Shown here one piece after another: positions 60,180-64,000 of a DNA stretch of 64,000 bases. The DNA is taken from assembly GCA_965206595.1 (NCBI GenBank), contig OZ242214.1, positions 4,992,001 to 5,056,000 on the forward strand, written 5' to 3'. The translations under genes and the position numbers were made by a program. Positions within the stretch are counted from its first letter, which is position 1. Every line of letters begins with the position of its first letter. The notes beneath the pieces were generated by a model. It saw only the letters and a list, made by a program, of their open reading frames with translations. It ran no database searches and had not been told where the DNA came from. This DNA comes from Candidatus Latescibacterota bacterium (GTDB lineage: Bacteria; Latescibacterota; UBA2968; UBA8231).

Positions 60180-60597
60180 CTGGTTTCGCCTGGTTCTTCC
60201 GGGTAGGCGCTAAAAGTATGGGCAGTTCCACCGCCGCCGCTACTGAAAGCGGTTTCAAAAACCCGGCGCCCCGCAGCCCATGGCGAGGACTATTCAGATT
60301 GCGAGGACCCGCCACTGGCGCCCGATACCGGGCCGGCCGGGTATTGCAGTCACCGGAATGTTGCTCGGACCGGGCACCCCCGGGTGATCGCAAGGGGACG
60401 CCGGCTGCCCGACTGCCTGCTTTCCACGCCACACAAGCCCTATGGGGCAGTGCGGAATCCGATCTGCTACAGGGCGGTTTCTGCCTTGAAGGGAAACCCT
60501 GCCAAATGGGATGCCCCCCGAGCAAACCGGTTCCGGCAGGTCGGGAGCCAAGTTGTACTTGAATCAAGGACACTTGGCTTTCCCGACCGAATCGACG

Positions 60598-61077
60598 TCA
60601 CCGAGCGGCGCAACGGGCCTCGTGGGCGAGCAGGAATTCCTTGATTTCCATTCCGCCGGAATAGCCGGTAAGGCTGCCGTCGCTGCCGACGACTCGGTGG
60701 CACGGGACGATTATGGGGAGGGGATTGTTGCCGTTGGCTGCTCCGACGGCGCGACTGGCCTTCGGCCGTCCCACACGACGCGCGATTTTCCCGTACGATG
60801 CGGTCTCGGCGAAAGGAACTCGGGTCAGCTCGCTCCACACGGCCTGCTGGAAAGCTGTGCCACTTGGAGCCAGGGGCAGGTCGAACTGCGTCAGGCTTCC
60901 GGCGAAATAGGAATCGAGCTGCGCGCGGGCGCCGAACGCAGGCTCCGATGCGGCCATCCAGTCGGAAGCGGGCTCGATAGCCTTGCTCCCATCGAGAAAG
61001 CTCACCCGGGTCAAACCGCGTTCCTTCCAGGCCAGCAGCAGGGCGCCAAGCGGGCTTTCGATGGTCGCGTAACGCAC
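60598..61077 (-). CDS. ogt: Methylated-DNA--protein-cysteine methyltransferase
   Basis: GTAFQQAVW, SYGKIA, RAVGAANG.NP, IVPCHRV active site. Confidence 0.95.
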   Translation of the reverse strand: MRYATIESPLGALLLAWKERGLTRVSFLDGSKAIEPASDWMAASEPAFGARAQLDSYFAGSLTQFDLPLAPSGTAFQQAVWSELTRVPFAETASYGKIARRVGRPKASRAVGAANGNNPLPIIVPCHRVVGSDGSLTGYSGGMEIKEFLLAHEARCAAR

Positions 61078-61202
61078 CAGAATGCCGGAATTGAGTGTCA
61101 GTCGGGGATTGTGAAGCGAACAGCTTCGCCGGAGCAACCCAGCCAGGGACCGCTTCGGAGGCGTCTGGACCTAACTAAGGCCGGGTGTGGAGGGAGGGCC
61201 GC

Positions 61203-61466
61203 CTAGCTCGCAGGTGACGGTTCCTCCTCGAAGAAATCGGTCCGGATGGTTTTCAGGTAATCCTGAAGGGCGGCTCCGTCAGCCGGAAGATCGAGAACAT
61301 CGGAAAAGGGCCACATGTCTCCCTGAAGAAACTCCACGGCACTCATCTGGTCCTGACTGGTGGGTCCCGCAGCCATGTCTTTGATGGCTTGCAGGATGAC
61401 TGCCGCAGCGAGGCGGCGGTGACCGTCAAACTGGGAGCGATACGCTGATTTACGTTCTTTTGCCAT
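61203..61466 (-). CDS. Small hypothetical protein
   Basis: 87 aa; LAAAVILQAIKD helix; AT-rich upstream region. Confidence 0.7.
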   Translation of the reverse strand: MAKERKSAYRSQFDGHRRLAAAVILQAIKDMAAGPTSQDQMSAVEFLQGDMWPFSDVLDLPADGAALQDYLKTIRTDFFEEEPSPAS

Positions 61467-61737
61467 TTCTCAAAGCCAGTATGGGAACATTCACAACCTG
61501 TATTTCGTCTTGAAAATCGCAGCTTAAATCTAAGCATTGAAAGGTCGTTTCGACAGGCTTTGAGGCCCGGTTTTTTTGAATTTCCCGCGGGCGTGCGAAT
61601 CTTGCCTAAGATCGCTCCGGGCGACCGGAAAATGACGCAATTCATTTAATTCCAATATGTTTTGGAATTGTGGAAAGCCCTGAGTCACCTTGCTGTACCC
61701 CGCAGAAAAACAGCTCTGACCTCCGGCGAGGCGATTC

Positions 61738-63000
61738 TCAGGCCAGGATCCCTATCACGCACCCAGTCAGCATTGTCGCCAGTGTTCCCGCAACCAGTGA
61801 GCGCAATCCGAGACGGGCGAGATCCGGCCGTCTCCCGGGGGCAATCCCCCCGATTCCGCCGATCATGATCGCCACCGAACCGAAGTTGGCAAACCCGCAC
61901 AGCGCATAGGTCGCCACGAGGAAGCCGCGAGGGCTCAGGGGTGCGGACTCGCTCGACATCATCCGGGAGAGCTCCACGTAGGCGACAAATTCGTTCAGGA
62001 TCGTCTTCAGCCCGAGCAGTTTTCCAACACAGGCCGCTTCCTGCCAAGTGATCCCCATGAACCAGGCCGGAATCCGGAACGCGAACCCCAGCCCCGCCTG
62101 CAGACTCCACGAACCCGCTGCAGCCCCGTTGACGAGTTTGTCCGCAAGCCCGACCAAGGCGTTGCCGAGAGCGACGAGACCGATAAATGCAATCAGCATC
62201 GCCAAGATATTGATGAAAAGGTGCATCCCCTCGGTCGCCCCGCGGGCGGCCGCGTCCAGGCCGTTGCGGGTGTTCTCTTCGGGCAGCTCGACGACGACTC
62301 CGGACGTCACCGGCGCCCCTGTCTCGGGCATCATCAGCTTCGCCACGGCGATTGCCGCCGGAGCACTGATGACGGAGGCGGTGAAAAGATGACCGGCGAT
62401 TTCGGCGTTCACTCCGGACAGCATGCTGGCGTAGACGACCATGACCGTTCCCGCGATCGTCGCCATGCCTGCTGTCATCAGGCAGAAGAGCTCGCTCGGG
62501 GTCAGGCCCGCTACGTAGGGGCGGATCAGCAGCGGCGCTTCCGTCATACCGAGAAAGATGTTGGCGGAGACACCCACGGCTTCGGCACTGCTGATTCCGA
62601 AGGCCCGCTGCATGAAACGGCTCATACCGCGGATCAGCCAAGGAAGAAACCGGTAGTGGTACAAAATCCTGGAAAGCGATGCGACGAATACCAGAATGGC
62701 GGCGATTTCCAGGGCTATAGTCGCTCCGTAGGCCGCGGTGAAGTCCGGGTTGGAGAGCCCGGCGAACAGCAGCGACTCGTTCGCCTTCAAAGCGGTCTCT
62801 CGGAGCAGGTCGGTGAGCCCCCCGGTCAGAGCGAAAACCCGGTGGCGCAAGCCTGTATGCAGGAGCAGCGCCGCGAAACCCACCTGCATCGCCGCGGCGA
62901 TGAGGAGGATGCGCACCGGAACTCCGCCGCGGCGAGAACCGCACGCCCAAGCGACAAGGAGCAACACCCCGTACCCGATGGCGCTGTGCAAGGCAGACAT
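61738..63000 (-). CDS. nupC: Concentrative nucleoside transporter (NupC/CNT family)
   Basis: ANIFLGMTEAPLLIRPY, GMATIAG, ASVISAPA, KTILNEFVAY, TYALCGFANFGS. Confidence 0.95.
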   Translation of the reverse strand: MSALHSAIGYGVLLLVAWACGSRRGGVPVRILLIAAAMQVGFAALLLHTGLRHRVFALTGGLTDLLRETALKANESLLFAGLSNPDFTAAYGATIALEIAAILVFVASLSRILYHYRFLPWLIRGMSRFMQRAFGISSAEAVGVSANIFLGMTEAPLLIRPYVAGLTPSELFCLMTAGMATIAGTVMVVYASMLSGVNAEIAGHLFTASVISAPAAIAVAKLMMPETGAPVTSGVVVELPEENTRNGLDAAARGATEGMHLFINILAMLIAFIGLVALGNALVGLADKLVNGAAAGSWSLQAGLGFAFRIPAWFMGITWQEAACVGKLLGLKTILNEFVAYVELSRMMSSESAPLSPRGFLVATYALCGFANFGSVAIMIGGIGGIAPGRRPDLARLGLRSLVAGTLATMLTGCVIGILA

Positions 63001-63006
63001 CGACCT

Positions 63007-63672
63007 CTACCGCCCGGCCTGCGCCGCGAGCGCCGCCAACGCCTGCTCGGCCACCTCGTTGCAGGAATCGCCGCCGGGAAGTCGGACCGCCCCCTCCCAC
63101 ACAGGAAGCCTGCCCACGGCGCGGCAGAAAGATTCGAACCAGGGACTGTCGGTTCGCGACCCGCGCGCCGCCATCCGTCCCCGCCACTCCTCGATACCGG
63201 GTGGGTCGAGGTGAATCACGACCAGCTTCGATGGGGCGATTCTGTCACGCAGCGAAGTCCACAGGTTCTCGACACCCAGCTCCGGCCCCCATCCGCCGAC
63301 CAGGAAGACGGTGCGCGCACCCATCAGGTTGGCGCAGGCGACAGCCGCGGCGGTCCCGTACTCGATCGGACGCAAGCGCTCCCAGTACACTTCAGTGCCG
63401 TAAGCTTCCTCTACCGGGGTTGCGGTCTGGCGGGCGATCTCCAGGATGAAGGGCCCCGAGCACCAGTCCTTGTCCACCGTAAACGATCCCGGAAGCAGGC
63501 GCTGCAGGGCTCCTGCCAGGCTGCTCTTGCCGGATCCGGGCGGCCCGGCGATGACGGCGAGCCGCGCTGCCGCGGAGCCGGGAACCGCTGCCCTGATCAC
63601 CGCCTCTACCGTGGGCAGCGGACGCGGGGCCGATTCGGCGTACCCTCCGCCCAGACGAGAGGCGTCTCTCAC
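63007..63672 (-). CDS. P-loop kinase-like (AAA_33) protein
   Basis: IAGPPGSGKS Walker A, VDKD, RMAARG lid. Confidence 0.8.
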   Translation of the reverse strand: MRDASRLGGGYAESAPRPLPTVEAVIRAAVPGSAAARLAVIAGPPGSGKSSLAGALQRLLPGSFTVDKDWCSGPFILEIARQTATPVEEAYGTEVYWERLRPIEYGTAAAVACANLMGARTVFLVGGWGPELGVENLWTSLRDRIAPSKLVVIHLDPPGIEEWRGRMAARGSRTDSPWFESFCRAVGRLPVWEGAVRLPGGDSCNEVAEQALAALAAQAGR

Positions 63673-64000
63673 GGGTTTCTGCCGCGGCGAAAGGCTGCGA
63701 AGTCGAGCGCCGCAACCAGGAGTGCGGCTGCCAAGGGGAGCACCAACGCGAGCGGAGTGGGCGCCCTGGTCAGCAGCAGGGTTCCCCCAACAGCTACCAC
63801 CGCCGCCCCATACAGGACAAGGACACTGTCGCGGCGCGACAGACCGAGGCGTACGAGGCGATGGCTGGTGTGGTTCTGGTCCCCGTGCCAGGGGGCGATT
63901 CGCCGCGACAGGCGGATAGCCACCACGGAGGCGAGATCGTAAGCCGGCACGGCCAGCACGAGCAGCGGCAGGAGGACGGCCTGGCCATCGAAAGCCGGCA
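63669..64000 (-). CDS. Partial MraY/WecA family polyprenyl-phosphate glycosyl-1-phosphate transferase (5' end off-window)
   Basis: LAVPAYDLASVVAIRL...PWHGDQNHTSHRLVRLG motif. Confidence 0.85.
   Translation of the reverse strand, partial: PAFDGQAVLLPLLVLAVPAYDLASVVAIRLSRRIAPWHGDQNHTSHRLVRLGLSRRDSVLVLYGAAVVAVGGTLLLTRAPTPLALVLPLAAALLVAALDFAAFRRGRNP

Overview
High-GC bacterial window. The gene content (FlgD-Ig/T9SS-like C-terminal domains, an 'AVExxSWGxIK' tail, ASPIC-UnbV proteins, an FCB-type short RpoD) suggests an uncultured FCB-group organism such as Ca. Latescibacterota; this is inferred, not proven. The left ~28 kb is an envelope/secretion-like locus. It holds three paralogous large secreted FlgD-Ig proteins, an unknown ~900-aa outer-membrane-like protein, a parvulin lipoprotein, TPR proteins, a secreted agmatine/peptidylarginine deiminase and a 1841-aa C25 (gingipain/PorU-like) peptidase. 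A selenoprotein split in two by the ORF track (peroxiredoxin-like, UxxC with a SECIS hairpin) lies at 28267-28857. The rest carries a heparinase II/III-like lyase, PhyH, a sigma-70 factor, tRNA-Leu(CAA), an nfeD-nfeD-floA operon, mscS, hrpA with a small unknown gene and an orphan DNA methyltransferase, DUF3500, a cupin, ogt, nupC and a partial wecA-like gene. Several accessory genes are broken: a chimeric ABC remnant, SDR, Ldh_2, a DUF6785 transporter and an amidohydrolase. No CRISPR array, rRNA or transposase was seen.
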